Virus record (IMG/VR): IMGVR_UViG_3300044729_002069
Span: 1 to 63,089 of that record
DNA: 63,089 bases
Strand: one strand, 5' to 3'
Source: a virus
Taxonomy: Duplodnaviria; Caudoviricetes
Under the pieces are notes generated by a model, which saw only the letters and a list, made by a program, of their open reading frames with translations, had not been told where the DNA came from and made no database searches. This document shows, piece after piece, positions 54,285 through 62,791 of this stretch (position 1 is its first letter; each line of letters starts with the position of its first letter). Both the position numbers and the translations under genes were made by a program.

Positions 54285-54306
54285 AAAAAGGCCCCGAAAG
54301 GGGCCT
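54285..54306 (-). terminator. Intrinsic terminator, possibly bidirectional
   Basis: AGGCCCC-GAAA-GGGGCCT preceded by an A-run on the + strand. Confidence 0.7.
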
Positions 54307-54323
54307 GTTCTTTTGCTTGTTGT

Positions 54324-54488
54324 TCAATCTATCGCTCCTGCGCAGTACGCGCCATTGCCCCAGGCGATGGCGCACATGCGCCGAACGTGCTCAGCATGGT
54401 CTTCTTCTTTGCGGGGAGGCATTCCACTTCCCTCGTTAAACCACCAGCGATCAAACGCTTCCATGGCTTCCTTTTGTGTTGTTTTCAT
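54324..54488 (-). CDS. Hypothetical 54 aa protein; not in the ORF track
   Basis: MKTTQKEAMEAFDRWWFNEGSGMPPRKEEDHAEHVRRMCAIAWGNGAYCAGAID. Confidence 0.6.
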   Translation of the reverse strand: MKTTQKEAMEAFDRWWFNEGSGMPPRKEEDHAEHVRRMCAIAWGNGAYCAGAID

Positions 54489-54516
54489 TTAAGGTTTCCA
54501 GGGTAATGATGAAATG

Positions 54517-54660
54517 CTACCAATCGCCTTGTCTGGCAATGCGCAACACTCTTGCGCCAGGGCCTGCCAGCTCAAGAGCAGTCGTAACGGCTTGAGCGGC
54601 GCTGATTGCCATTACGGTCCATGGGCCAAGCGTTGTATGCACAATGTAAGCACAGGGCAT
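54517..54660 (-). CDS. Hypothetical 47 aa protein
   Basis: TAATG-coupled start at 54660; A.S.AQA..TALELAGPG. Confidence 0.6.
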   Translation of the reverse strand: MPCAYIVHTTLGPWTVMAISAAQAVTTALELAGPGARVLRIARQGDW

Positions 54661-54983
54661 TAGCGAGACACGCGGACAATGGCTAGAGGATGTTCCGTGC
54701 AAGCCTTGAGGTAGGAGCAACAGAAATCATACAGGGCTTCCCAATCGCCCCAACCATTAGGCGGGTTGTCTAGTTCGCAGATGTGGCGGTGCATCGCTAA
54801 GAATGCAATGCCCTTTGAGATCGGTTCAATTAGCTGGTGAGCAGTTGTAATGCCAATCTCTTCAAGACGCCATAAGCATTCGTAGATTCCAGCGGTGCCA
54901 GCCATCTTGTTTAGGTTGTGGGTGATGTTGCGCCAGTAAAGATCATTGCCGTTTTCGTCTTCAAGGTGAACGTCAAGACTCAT
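54660..54983 (-). CDS. Conserved phage hypothetical protein
   Basis: MSLDV.L......NITHNL.KMA..AGIY..LW...NPPNGWG. Confidence 0.8.
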   Translation of the reverse strand: MSLDVHLEDENGNDLYWRNITHNLNKMAGTAGIYECLWRLEEIGITTAHQLIEPISKGIAFLAMHRHICELDNPPNGWGDWEALYDFCCSYLKACTEHPLAIVRVSR

Positions 54984-55183
54984 TAGTGGTTCTCCAGTTC
55001 GGTGGCGATGTCATCTAGCCAGTCGTCAGCGGAATCAACGTATTCTTCGTTGGCATATGCTTCGCGAAGCTGATCCGCTGCAGCGATTAGCACAGCTACT
55101 CCTACATCTACAAACGAGTTCCCGTCTTGAGCGTCAATGGCATCCATCACCGCCTGCGCGGCGGGGGATAGGGGTGTGGTCAT
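54983..55183 (-). CDS. Hypothetical protein, MTTPLSPAAQAV family
   Basis: LSPAAQAV.DA...AAADQ...IATELE. Confidence 0.7.
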   Translation of the reverse strand: MTTPLSPAAQAVMDAIDAQDGNSFVDVGVAVLIAAADQLREAYANEEYVDSADDWLDDIATELENH

Positions 55184-55190
55184 TGCGGGA

Positions 55191-55430
55191 TTAGAGGTGC
55201 TTGAGGTGTTTTTTAAGCGTTTGCATTAGCCGTTTGCGGGCACGGTCACGCTCGGATTCGGTGATTACGCCTCGGATGGCGAGGCGCGTAACTTCGTCAA
55301 TGTCACGCTGGAGAAGCTGCCTGCCCATGGGGTCGAGGTCGAGGTTTAAGCCTTGATTGCGGAGTTGCTCACCTAAGGGTGGGCAGAGGGCGCCGAATTT
55401 GATATTGAAGGATTTGGACTTTGGGGTCAT
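55191..55430 (-). CDS. Hypothetical protein
   Basis: FGAL.P.L.EQL..QG...G.IT.SE...AR.RL. Confidence 0.7.
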   Translation of the reverse strand: MTPKSKSFNIKFGALCPPLGEQLRNQGLNLDLDPMGRQLLQRDIDEVTRLAIRGVITESERDRARKRLMQTLKKHLKHL

Positions 55431-55621
55431 GGTGTGGGGTCCAGTTCGGTGGCGATGGCAGCGAGTTGGCGGCGATCGTGTGTCAGATGATGCGCAGCGG
55501 CATGAAGGGCGGCGGTGATGCAGACTTCCTGCCAGTTGTCCTCCAGGGGACCCAGCAGCTCGTAGCGATCGTCGAACGCGGCCACGACGGCCTGAGCCGC
55601 TGGGGTGAGTGGTGTGGTCAT
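55427..55621 (-). CDS. Hypothetical protein, MTTPLTPAAQAV family
   Basis: Paralogous to 54983-55183. Confidence 0.7.
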   Translation of the reverse strand: MTTPLTPAAQAVVAAFDDRYELLGPLEDNWQEVCITAALHAAAHHLTHDRRQLAAIATELDPTP

Positions 55622-55827
55622 GGGACTACCTCGTTATGTTTCTTGGCATGTTGTTTGCAATACAAGCCATCAGGCCCGTGCCCTCGCTTGCGGCAGCATT
55701 GATGAGGGATCCATGCGCTCGACGTTGGCCAGACTTCTTCGATGCACTTAGTTGCATCTTCTGCAGTTCCGTTTGGGCAGCCCCCCCAGCAGCCGTAGAG
55801 ACGTTCTCCATTGATGGTGCGTTTCAT
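55618..55827 (-). CDS. Small Zn-finger-like protein
   Basis: C.E.V......QC.RK.G.GP.GLYCKQH. Confidence 0.7.
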   Translation of the reverse strand: MKRTINGERLYGCWGGCPNGTAEDATKCIEEVWPTSSAWIPHQCCRKRGHGPDGLYCKQHAKKHNEVVP

Positions 55828-56171
55828 GGTGTGGGGTCGAGTTCGGCGGCGTCCAACGCAATCAGCCGGTCGAGCTTGTCTTGCTGGGCGGCTTCTAGCG
55901 CTTCAATTCGCTCGCGAAGTGCGTGCATTCCAGAACGGACCATCGCCCAGCAGTTTGCGTCTTCTTTGTCGTATGCCTCCAGCGTCTCCACCCGCCGAAC
56001 GATGGCATCAGTGCAGAACCGACCGCTCTCGGCTTGCTCTAGCTGGTCGGCCTCTAGGGCTTCGATGCGGTCGCGGAGTTCGAGGATGCAGGAAGTCATC
56101 TCCAGCCCTGCTTCTGTCCGTTCGTGCATGTAAGCCCACTGTTCAGGCGTGGCGCGGTGTGGTGTGGTCAT
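55824..56171 (-). CDS. Coiled-coil hypothetical protein
   Basis: Start at 56171; HRATPEQW...CILELR.R.EALEA with internal repeats. Confidence 0.7.
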   Translation of the reverse strand: MTTPHRATPEQWAYMHERTEAGLEMTSCILELRDRIEALEADQLEQAESGRFCTDAIVRRVETLEAYDKEDANCWAMVRSGMHALRERIEALEAAQQDKLDRLIALDAAELDPTP

Positions 56172-56941
56172 GCCGCCTCCTGTGCAACAGACTGCAGCCA
56201 CGCAATCGCATCATCATTGCTGTCGTAAAAGTGCGCAGCAGCATTAGCGCCTAACAACAGCAATCCAGCCATGTATGGGCCATGAAGTTTCTCCAAGACT
56301 TCACCTAATGTTCCAGCCTGGTGAATAGCCCACCCTGCCAAGCAATGAGTAGTACCGCACTCGCTATGCCAGCTTTTCATCTGCAGGATTTGGGGGTGAT
56401 CCAATACATGGCTGGCAACCGCACGCAGACGTTGCTGGGCATCTGCAGCAATTGGCAACCCGTTGGCGCCGTCCAGAATGGCGTAGCTCAGAATGGCGCC
56501 GTGCAGAATGGCGCCGCGCAGAATGGCGTAGCTCAGATTGGCGCCGCGCAGATTGGCGCCGTTCAGAATGGCGTGGCTCAGATTGGCGCCGCTCAGATTG
56601 GCGCCGCGCAGAATGGCGTAGCTCAGATTGGCGCCGCGCAGATTGGCGCCGTTCAGAATGGCGCCGCGCAGATTGGCGCCGCGCAGATTGGCGCCGCGCA
56701 GATTGGCGTAGCTCAGATTGGCGCGGCTCAGAATGGCGCCGTTCAGAATGGCGCCGCGCAGATTAGCGCCGCGCAGATTGGCGCCGTTCAGATTGGCGCC
56801 GTGCAGATTGGCGCCGTGCAGATTGGCGCCGTGCAGATTGGCGTAGCTCAGATTGGCGCGGACGCCAGCAGGATCGCCGGCAAGCCATAGCGTGTGCAGG
56901 CGAAGCGTCTCGCTGATGTTGACTGTTTGGCTGTCAGTCAT
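56168..56941 (-). CDS. Pentapeptide repeat protein
   Basis: Long A(N/I)L(H/R/S/N)(G/Y) array encoded by 15-bp DNA repeats; C-terminal WH..CGTTHC.AGW. Confidence 0.92.
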   Translation of the reverse strand: MTDSQTVNISETLRLHTLWLAGDPAGVRANLSYANLHGANLHGANLHGANLNGANLRGANLRGAILNGAILSRANLSYANLRGANLRGANLRGAILNGANLRGANLSYAILRGANLSGANLSHAILNGANLRGANLSYAILRGAILHGAILSYAILDGANGLPIAADAQQRLRAVASHVLDHPQILQMKSWHSECGTTHCLAGWAIHQAGTLGEVLEKLHGPYMAGLLLLGANAAAHFYDSNDDAIAWLQSVAQEAA

Positions 56942-56976
56942 GGACGTGTCTCTGTGGTGGGGGGGGGGAGTGTTAG

Positions 56977-57369
56977 TCAGAAATCCTGGTCTTGCAGGTC
57001 TTCAAGCTGTTGCTTCGTGTGCGCCAGCTCAGTTCGCAGGCGCTTGATCTCGGCGTCCTTCGCGTCGATCATCTTTTTGTTGGAGATCCTGACTTCAGGC
57101 GCCTCCTTCACAAACGAGTCGTCGAGAACACTGGTGCTGTCTGGCACCAGGATCACCAACTCGCCATCGCCGTTTTCCATAGAGATTTTGTCGCCTAGCT
57201 GGATCGACATCTCAGGCACACGGGTTTCAAGCGTGCTGTAACCCTTGCTGACGAATACTGCGTTTTTCTCAAGCATCCCCACAAGCGCGGGAATTGTCTT
57301 GTCAGCCCCGTCGTGGGGGATGTTGGTGGCGATGTAGGTGGCGCCTTTGGTGTCGATAAGAGCGAGCAT
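56977..57369 (-). CDS. Hypothetical protein
   Basis: 130 aa with a C-terminal coiled coil. Confidence 0.7.
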   Translation of the reverse strand: MLALIDTKGATYIATNIPHDGADKTIPALVGMLEKNAVFVSKGYSTLETRVPEMSIQLGDKISMENGDGELVILVPDSTSVLDDSFVKEAPEVRISNKKMIDAKDAEIKRLRTELAHTKQQLEDLQDQDF

Positions 57370-57448
57370 GGGCGTTGAAGTGGGGATCAGTGAAGGGGTG
57401 CTGCCGGATTGGGTGCGGCTCCGGCGGGCCGTGGCGCTCAGGCTGCTA

Positions 57449-57844
57449 CTAGCCGTCGCGCCGTGGTCTGCGAGCAGCCGAGGCGCTCAGCAATGGCGCG
57501 GTGTTGGTTGGCCATGCCAGCCCTCCATTGCCAATGGCAGCAGCATAAGCAGCCAGATAGGCAATTTGGTCGTCAGCAGTAGGAGCTTCAGTCACCACTT
57601 CATGGTGCTGTTCAACGTGGTGGCCATGCGCGGCTTTCAGCGAACAGAGCAAACAAATAAGATCGCTGCAATGAGGATTGCCGGGATTCTCGTCTAGCAC
57701 CGTCTCAAGCGTTGTCATCCAACGCTCCAAATCAACAATGCGAAAAGACCACGCAACAGTTGGCTGGTTCATAGTCATCACCAAGCGGCCTTCCTTGGTG
57801 AAAGCACTGGTGCCAAGCGAATCGCGACTGATGGAAGCAGTCAT
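57449..57844 (-). CDS. Hypothetical protein
   Basis: Probable start MTASIS at 57844. Confidence 0.55.
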   Translation of the reverse strand: MTASISRDSLGTSAFTKEGRLVMTMNQPTVAWSFRIVDLERWMTTLETVLDENPGNPHCSDLICLLCSLKAAHGHHVEQHHEVVTEAPTADDQIAYLAAYAAAIGNGGLAWPTNTAPLLSASAARRPRRDG

Positions 57845-57919
57845 GGTTACTGTCTGAGGGACTCCTCCATTGTGGGGACGATGGCGGCAAAGGTCAATGG
57901 GAAAGGCCATTAGCGCTGC

Positions 57920-58348
57920 TTATACCAGCAGCTTCCCGCCTCCGCTTACCACCTTCCCCATGCCAAGCCTTGTCTGCCGCCAGCCGGAGGCAATGATGTG
58001 GCACGGCCCCAGAGGCTCCAGAATGGCCCATTGAGCGGCCCTAGCGACTACTGCCTGATAGCCCTGCCGCTGTGCTTTCGTGAGCGGTCCTGGGGGCTCC
58101 ACTAGGGCTGTTCTAGCCCAGTCAGCCACCTCCTCAATGTCCTCCAGTTCGTTGGTGGCAATGACAAAATGCCTGCCTCGCTGCTCCAGTTTGCGCCATG
58201 CAGGGTGAGGGCATTCTGCAGCAGTGGCTTCAAATGCCTCCCTAAGGATAGGCGGCAGGCAAATCCGCACTTTTGGCGGAAGCCTGGGTTCCGCTGGAGG
58301 CAGCATTTGTTCAATTCCAACAGAAAGCTGGATCATCTTGATGCTCAT
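57920..58348 (-). CDS. Hypothetical protein
   Basis: Probable start MSIKM at 58348 (uncertain). Confidence 0.55.
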   Translation of the reverse strand: MSIKMIQLSVGIEQMLPPAEPRLPPKVRICLPPILREAFEATAAECPHPAWRKLEQRGRHFVIATNELEDIEEVADWARTALVEPPGPLTKAQRQGYQAVVARAAQWAILEPLGPCHIIASGWRQTRLGMGKVVSGGGKLLV

Positions 58349-58486
58349 AGACAAACAAAATGGACGTTCCATCAGGAAGCTGCCGCTGAAACAATAACCA
58401 AGCAAGGTTAAGGCTTGTGGCGCTCAGGCTTGTCTGTCTACCATCGCTCAGTCGTGCGTGGTACAAGCTCATTGCGTTACCCCTTA

Positions 58487-58942
58487 TCATCCTTCTGCTC
58501 CATGAAGAGGGTCGTAGCCAAGCTCCTCCATGTCTTCTAAGACAGCCTGTCCCAAGTCTTTTTTGAGCATGGCCCGCCAGTCATCATCACCCCCGAAACT
58601 GCCCACGTCTGCAATGGTGCGCAGGCCAGTGGCAAGCTTTGCCAAGTCGCCAGCAGTGAGGGCAATGGAGTGGGCGTCGTTGGTGATGAAGCGCTGGTCA
58701 AGAATACGCTGATGGATTTGTGTCCACCGGCCAATAGCCCATAAAGCAATGGAACGGAGAGCTTCATCGCCATAGCGTTCAATCAAACCGTCAATAGTTC
58801 GGGACAGCTCTGCAGGGATGCCAATGCAATCAGGATCTTCAAGGTGATCTTTTAGGTCGTCGTCCACGGCTTGACGCTTACTTGCCTTTGCCTCGCGTAC
58901 GGCTTTCAGGAAGTCGTTAACGCTGTCAGAAGAGAAGGTCAC
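58487..58942 (-). CDS. Hypothetical helical protein
   Basis: 151 aa; GTG start after a pyrimidine-rich leader. Confidence 0.7.
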   Translation of the reverse strand: MTFSSDSVNDFLKAVREAKASKRQAVDDDLKDHLEDPDCIGIPAELSRTIDGLIERYGDEALRSIALWAIGRWTQIHQRILDQRFITNDAHSIALTAGDLAKLATGLRTIADVGSFGGDDDWRAMLKKDLGQAVLEDMEELGYDPLHGAEG

Positions 58943-58977
58943 AATGGGAAATGAGAGACAAGAGAAGTCTGCTCGTT

Positions 58978-59065
58978 CCCTTTGCCATTGTCAACCCTCC
59001 CCTTTGCCATTGTCAACCCTCCCCTTTGCCATTGTCAACCCTCCCCTTTGCCATTGTCAACCCTC
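58978..59065. repeat. Perfect 22-bp tandem repeat x4, each containing TTGACA on the minus strand
   Basis: CCCTTTGCCATTGTCAACCCTC with period 22. Confidence 0.95.
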
Positions 59066-59830
59066 GTCGTCTTGCTCTTCATCGTCAGTAGCAGGCAGCA
59101 TTGGCCTGCTATTGCCAACAGGTTCGCCATTGTCGTCCAGTTCTGCCTCTGCAGTGGTGTCGATGGCTCCGGCACGGTCTTGAGCAGCAGCTTCCGCCTT
59201 GCCAATCTTCTTCACCTCTGCGCTCAAATTGGCGAGGAATTTCTTGTAGCTCTTTTCGTCGTTGTCGTCGTTCTTGGGCTTGTTATCAAACAAGCCAAGC
59301 AGGCGAGCTTGCTGCTCCAAGCAGCCTTTGGCAACAGTGAGAAAACTGCTTTCACCAGCAGAATTGTATTCTTCAACGGTGATAACATCCTCTCCGTGAC
59401 GCTGCTGCACACGCTTGACAGTGCGTCTTTTGCTTTGTTCAAAGCTTTCCATCGCCTTTGCCTTTAGCTCACCTTGCTCGTCTAAGAGCTTGGCTCGCCA
59501 TTGGTCTGCAGTGGCGAGAATGCCGTCCACGTAGGCTTGCTTGATTAGCTGTCTGTCAGCATTCACTACAGCCTTGCTCTGCTTAAACACCTTGGCAATT
59601 TGCGAGTTGCTAAGGTTGGCAGCAAGAAGCTCAGCAGTGGCATAGCGTCTAAGACGAGTGCTTTCCTTGTCAAACATCTCGCCTGGCTCTGCCCTATTGC
59701 GAAGCCTGTCCACTTGCTCAACAGTTAAACCTGCTTTGGTCAATACTTCCAAGCCATATTTCAGCAAGCTTGCTTCGTCCTCAAAGCTATGCTCAGGGAC
59801 ACTGCGGTTCTTTCTATGAGAAGGAGCCAT
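59057..59830 (-). CDS. HTH protein, candidate terminase small subunit
   Basis: S..QIA.......V..D (HTH), then helical region and G...FL......C.EQ.ARLLGL. Confidence 0.55.
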   Translation of the reverse strand: MAPSHRKNRSVPEHSFEDEASLLKYGLEVLTKAGLTVEQVDRLRNRAEPGEMFDKESTRLRRYATAELLAANLSNSQIAKVFKQSKAVVNADRQLIKQAYVDGILATADQWRAKLLDEQGELKAKAMESFEQSKRRTVKRVQQRHGEDVITVEEYNSAGESSFLTVAKGCLEQQARLLGLFDNKPKNDDNDEKSYKKFLANLSAEVKKIGKAEAAAQDRAGAIDTTAEAELDDNGEPVGNSRPMLPATDDEEQDDEG

Positions 59831-60144
59831 TAGCTTTTAGGAAGAGAAAACACAATGCTTGCTTTCTGAGACAGCACAGTAAAGTCTCCCATGTCGTCAG
59901 CTAGCTTCTTGCGTTCTTTAAGAGCAATCTCCAACTCCCTGATTTCTTCCCCATAGTCCTTCTCTGCACGCTTTTGAATGTGAGCCTTGCCCTCGTCAAG
60001 GGAAATGCTTTCTAGTCCTTCATTGCGCATTGCTTCTATCAGGGTAGCCTTCAGCTCTTCTTCTTGAGCTTCAAGCTTTTTCTTCTGTGCAACGATTTGA
60101 GACAGCTCGTTCATCAAATCGTAAATGATGCTAGTGGGTTCCAT
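59830..60144 (-). CDS. Coiled-coil hypothetical protein
   Basis: Probable start MEPTS at 60144; promoter TTGACA-N17-GATAAT upstream. Confidence 0.65.
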   Translation of the reverse strand: MEPTSIIYDLMNELSQIVAQKKKLEAQEEELKATLIEAMRNEGLESISLDEGKAHIQKRAEKDYGEEIRELEIALKERKKLADDMGDFTVLSQKASIVFSLPKS

Positions 60145-60163
60145 GGGAGAAAGAGGAAGTCCG

Positions 60164-60400
60164 TCAATTATCGCCTGTAGCGAAGCCCTTGTCAATAAGG
60201 CTCACCATTTCTTCGTAGCTGCCTCGCCAGTGGCGTTCACCATCAGCAGGATTCCTGGCGCCATAGAGCATACGGGCCTGAGGGAGAGGGCCTCTTGCTG
60301 GGGTAACGAAGCCGTGATGCTGCAACACTTCAATGAAGATGTCGTTGTGCTCCAAGGAGGGAAGCCTGTCGGGAGCGTGCGGACGGGAAGGCTTGAGCAT
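60164..60400 (-). CDS. Hypothetical protein
   Basis: 78 aa, co-oriented. Confidence 0.5.
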   Translation of the reverse strand: MLKPSRPHAPDRLPSLEHNDIFIEVLQHHGFVTPARGPLPQARMLYGARNPADGERHWRGSYEEMVSLIDKGFATGDN

Positions 60401-60424
60401 GAGCCGAAATTATACCCCTGCAGT

Positions 60425-61117
60425 TTAGAGGGCTTCTAGGGCAATGGCAAAGTCACGAAAGTCAGTCTTAATGCCTCCTAGGGCATTGCCATAGAAACCA
60501 AACTTTGGCTTGACGGTATCAGCCAGTGTTTGTCCTGCTTGTGATCCTGCATTTATTGTTCCATTCCTTGAACCAATAAGCTTGCCAGTAGTATCATCAA
60601 TAATGCGAATGAAACCATTGTCCCCTGCCTTGAATTGCAATTGCCAATCGTACCATTTCCTCTTCTCTAGTTCCATTGACAATGCACTTCCAGCACTTCT
60701 TGATACTACTGCCAGTGTTCCATTTTGTATGCGAATACCAGCAATAGGGCTAACAATTGGCTGCCAGAATTGCAAAACATAACCAGTTACTTTGTCATAG
60801 TTCCTTCCTTTTACGCGAAATTCTAAGTCAATGTTAATCTGTCTTCCAAAGGCAAAGTTCTTCGGTACTGCTAATTCTGAGCGGTCAGGATAACGAGGAT
60901 CATCAGTTGCGAAGAAGTTAATAAAGTCTTTGCGTTGGCGAATGAAGCTTCCCTCTGTTGCTTTTCCACTAAGTCGTGGAAATAGCATTTTCTCCCTATC
61001 TTTCTTTGCGGGAATATAGTTACCACCTTCGCCCATGCTATTTGTTGCGTCACCAACGATTCTTCCCGTGATGGGGTCGAGATCAAACACTGGACGCATA
61101 CGTGGCTTTTTACTCAT
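60425..61117 (-). CDS. Polysaccharide-lyase-like beta-jelly-roll protein
   Basis: RSEL...VLQFWQ...W.D.......G.I.I...PKFG.Y; AT-rich relative to flanks. Confidence 0.55.
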   Translation of the reverse strand: MSKKPRMRPVFDLDPITGRIVGDATNSMGEGGNYIPAKKDREKMLFPRLSGKATEGSFIRQRKDFINFFATDDPRYPDRSELAVPKNFAFGRQINIDLEFRVKGRNYDKVTGYVLQFWQPIVSPIAGIRIQNGTLAVVSRSAGSALSMELEKRKWYDWQLQFKAGDNGFIRIIDDTTGKLIGSRNGTINAGSQAGQTLADTVKPKFGFYGNALGGIKTDFRDFAIALEAL

Positions 61118-61195
61118 GCCAAGAATCCTTTATAGGACGCCGTTGGATGGTGTCTTAAAGAGTCTAAGCAAAGGAAAGTGAAAGAAAGCACCGTC

Positions 61196-61313
61196 GAAAA
61201 AGCTCGCTTGGGGCTCGCCTGCGCGTCGGTGCTTTCTTTGCGAAGGTTTATGAAGAAAGTAGTTTGTAAAGTATGGTTAAGAAGCGCTCTGAAAAAGCTC
61301 GCTTGGGGCTCGC
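61196..61313. repeat. 23-bp exact direct repeat x2 in a divergent intergenic region
   Basis: GAAAAAGCTCGCTTGGGGCTCGC at 61196 and 61291. Confidence 0.9.
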
Positions 61314-61617
61314 TTGCTCGTATCGCGCTTCTGCGAAAGGGCATGGTGAACTGCTGCTCAACATTCCCTTTCCCATCGAAGCCACCTTCTCGTCAGGAGC
61401 GCCGCAGGGCGTAGATGCCTGAGCTGCTCGTTGACGTTCCGCAGTCCCCCAGGCGCGTTTCTGTGCGAGGGCCTGCTCAGGAAGAGGGTAAAGGGGTGGA
61501 GAGCAAAAGTCAATGGGGTCGTCCACCACTTTGATGACTGTCACCACTAGAGGAAAAGGAGCGGTTGGCAATGGGCTGGTTTGTGGGTATGATGCTCAAG
61601 TCCCTCGACCAGTCCCC

Positions 61618-61878
61618 ATGCGCTTCATGCTTCTGGCCCTTGCCTTGGCCCCTCTAGGGGCCTCTGCTCAGACCATCCTTCCCTACTCAGCAGCCAACAC
61701 CTACTGCGCCCTCAGGAACGGTGGAGCATCGTCTGAGAGCGCCCTGCGCGTTGCCTTCTACGACTCTTACGTGAGGACAGCGCCAACAATGGTGGAAATC
61801 AATGGCAAGCAAGTGGACAGCAACCTTGTGCTGTTCCACAATGCTGCTCGTTCCCTTTGCCCTTCTCTTCTGCCATGA
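61618..61878 (+). CDS. Secreted hypothetical protein
   Basis: Signal peptide MRFMLLALALAPLGASA; YC.LR..G...CP. Confidence 0.7.
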   Translation: MRFMLLALALAPLGASAQTILPYSAANTYCALRNGGASSESALRVAFYDSYVRTAPTMVEINGKQVDSNLVLFHNAARSLCPSLLP

Positions 61879-62168
61879 CACAAGCATCAGCCCACCAATG
61901 GGAGCGCGTGCAAAGCGTTGCTGGTAATGCAGCGCATCCCGATAATTACCTGGCAGCCTGCCTGCTGGAGCTAAGGGAAAATGCCGTCTCTAAGCAGCAG
62001 CTCCCTGCAAGCCCATGCCGCGAGTCGGTTGACATTGCTAAACAACCTCCTCTCCCCATCGCTTCTGACGATGAAATCCACGCCGCTTACAACAACCCGT
62101 ATATCAGCACCACCACGGAAGCCCTCAGGACCGTCTACCTCCTCGGGAGATATCATGGTTCTCTCTGA
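61875..62168 (+). CDS. Hypothetical protein
   Basis: ATGA-coupled; AS..QW...CLLELR resembles 55824-56171. Confidence 0.65.
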   Translation: MTQASAHQWERVQSVAGNAAHPDNYLAACLLELRENAVSKQQLPASPCRESVDIAKQPPLPIASDDEIHAAYNNPYISTTTEALRTVYLLGRYHGSL

Positions 62169-62286
62169 CTGCTGCAAGGCGCCATGCTCTGTTGCAGGCC
62201 GCACCACGCACTACTACGTTTGCAAGACTTACAACAAGCCTTGTGACACGATCCCCGCTAGAGAGGAGGACTACGACTGTGGCTGA
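62155..62286 (+). CDS. Small Cys-rich protein (43 aa)
   Basis: MVLSDCCKAP...YYVC...KPCD. Confidence 0.55.
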   Translation: MVLSDCCKAPCSVAGRTTHYYVCKTYNKPCDTIPAREEDYDCG

Positions 62287-62506
62287 GATTATTCGGCGGC
62301 ACGCAATGGATGACTTCTGCGCTCTGATGACTGCGGAAGGCATGGAGGCCGCAGGTTGCTACGTCTTCTCCATCACTTACGTCTCTGACGCTCATCCCAT
62401 GCGACGTTGGATCGTTTGGGGACGCTTTCACCCAACCGAGGCAACCATCGAAGAAATTGACAAGAGCATAGCAAGACGAGTGTTCCCCACAAGTGAAGGA
62501 GACTAA
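62279..62506 (+). CDS. Hypothetical protein
   Basis: GTG start preceded by GAGGAGG; start uncertain. Confidence 0.5.
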   Translation: MAEIIRRHAMDDFCALMTAEGMEAAGCYVFSITYVSDAHPMRRWIVWGRFHPTEATIEEIDKSIARRVFPTSEGD

Positions 62507-62512
62507 TCACCC

Positions 62513-62791
62513 ATGAAAATTTACTGCCTGTTCGCCCAGCAAAAGTGCTCCTACAAGGATGAGTACGCTCCTGATCTCAGGGCTGCCATTGATGAGTGGG
62601 GCAATAGCGACAACCCTGATTACCTGAACGAAGAAGAAGACAAACTGCGAAAAGACGGCAGCATTGCATTCTGGCGGCGCATCACCATTGACGTTGACGA
62701 TGCCCAATTTGATCGCCTTTTCTATCCGCCTTCAGAAATGCTCAAGCCTACAAACCTCAGCCGCACAAGTGAAGGAGACTTAGATGCCTGA
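62513..62791 (+). CDS. Hypothetical protein
   Basis: MKI..LF.Q.K..Y..EYAP.....DE.....NP.YL; AAGGAG ribosome-binding site. Confidence 0.7.
   Translation: MKIYCLFAQQKCSYKDEYAPDLRAAIDEWGNSDNPDYLNEEEDKLRKDGSIAFWRRITIDVDDAQFDRLFYPPSEMLKPTNLSRTSEGDLDA

Noticed and set aside
56321-56890. Plus-strand repetitive ORFs (QIGAA / DWRR)
   Set aside because: Antisense readings of the 15-bp pentapeptide repeat.
58944-59467. Plus-strand ORFs with repeated PLCHCQP / LSTLPFAIVN
   Set aside because: Translations of the 22-bp tandem repeat, antisense to real genes.
61114-61571. Short ORFs in the divergent intergenic region
   Set aside because: Overlapping low-information frames spanning the 23-bp repeat; none stands out as a real gene.
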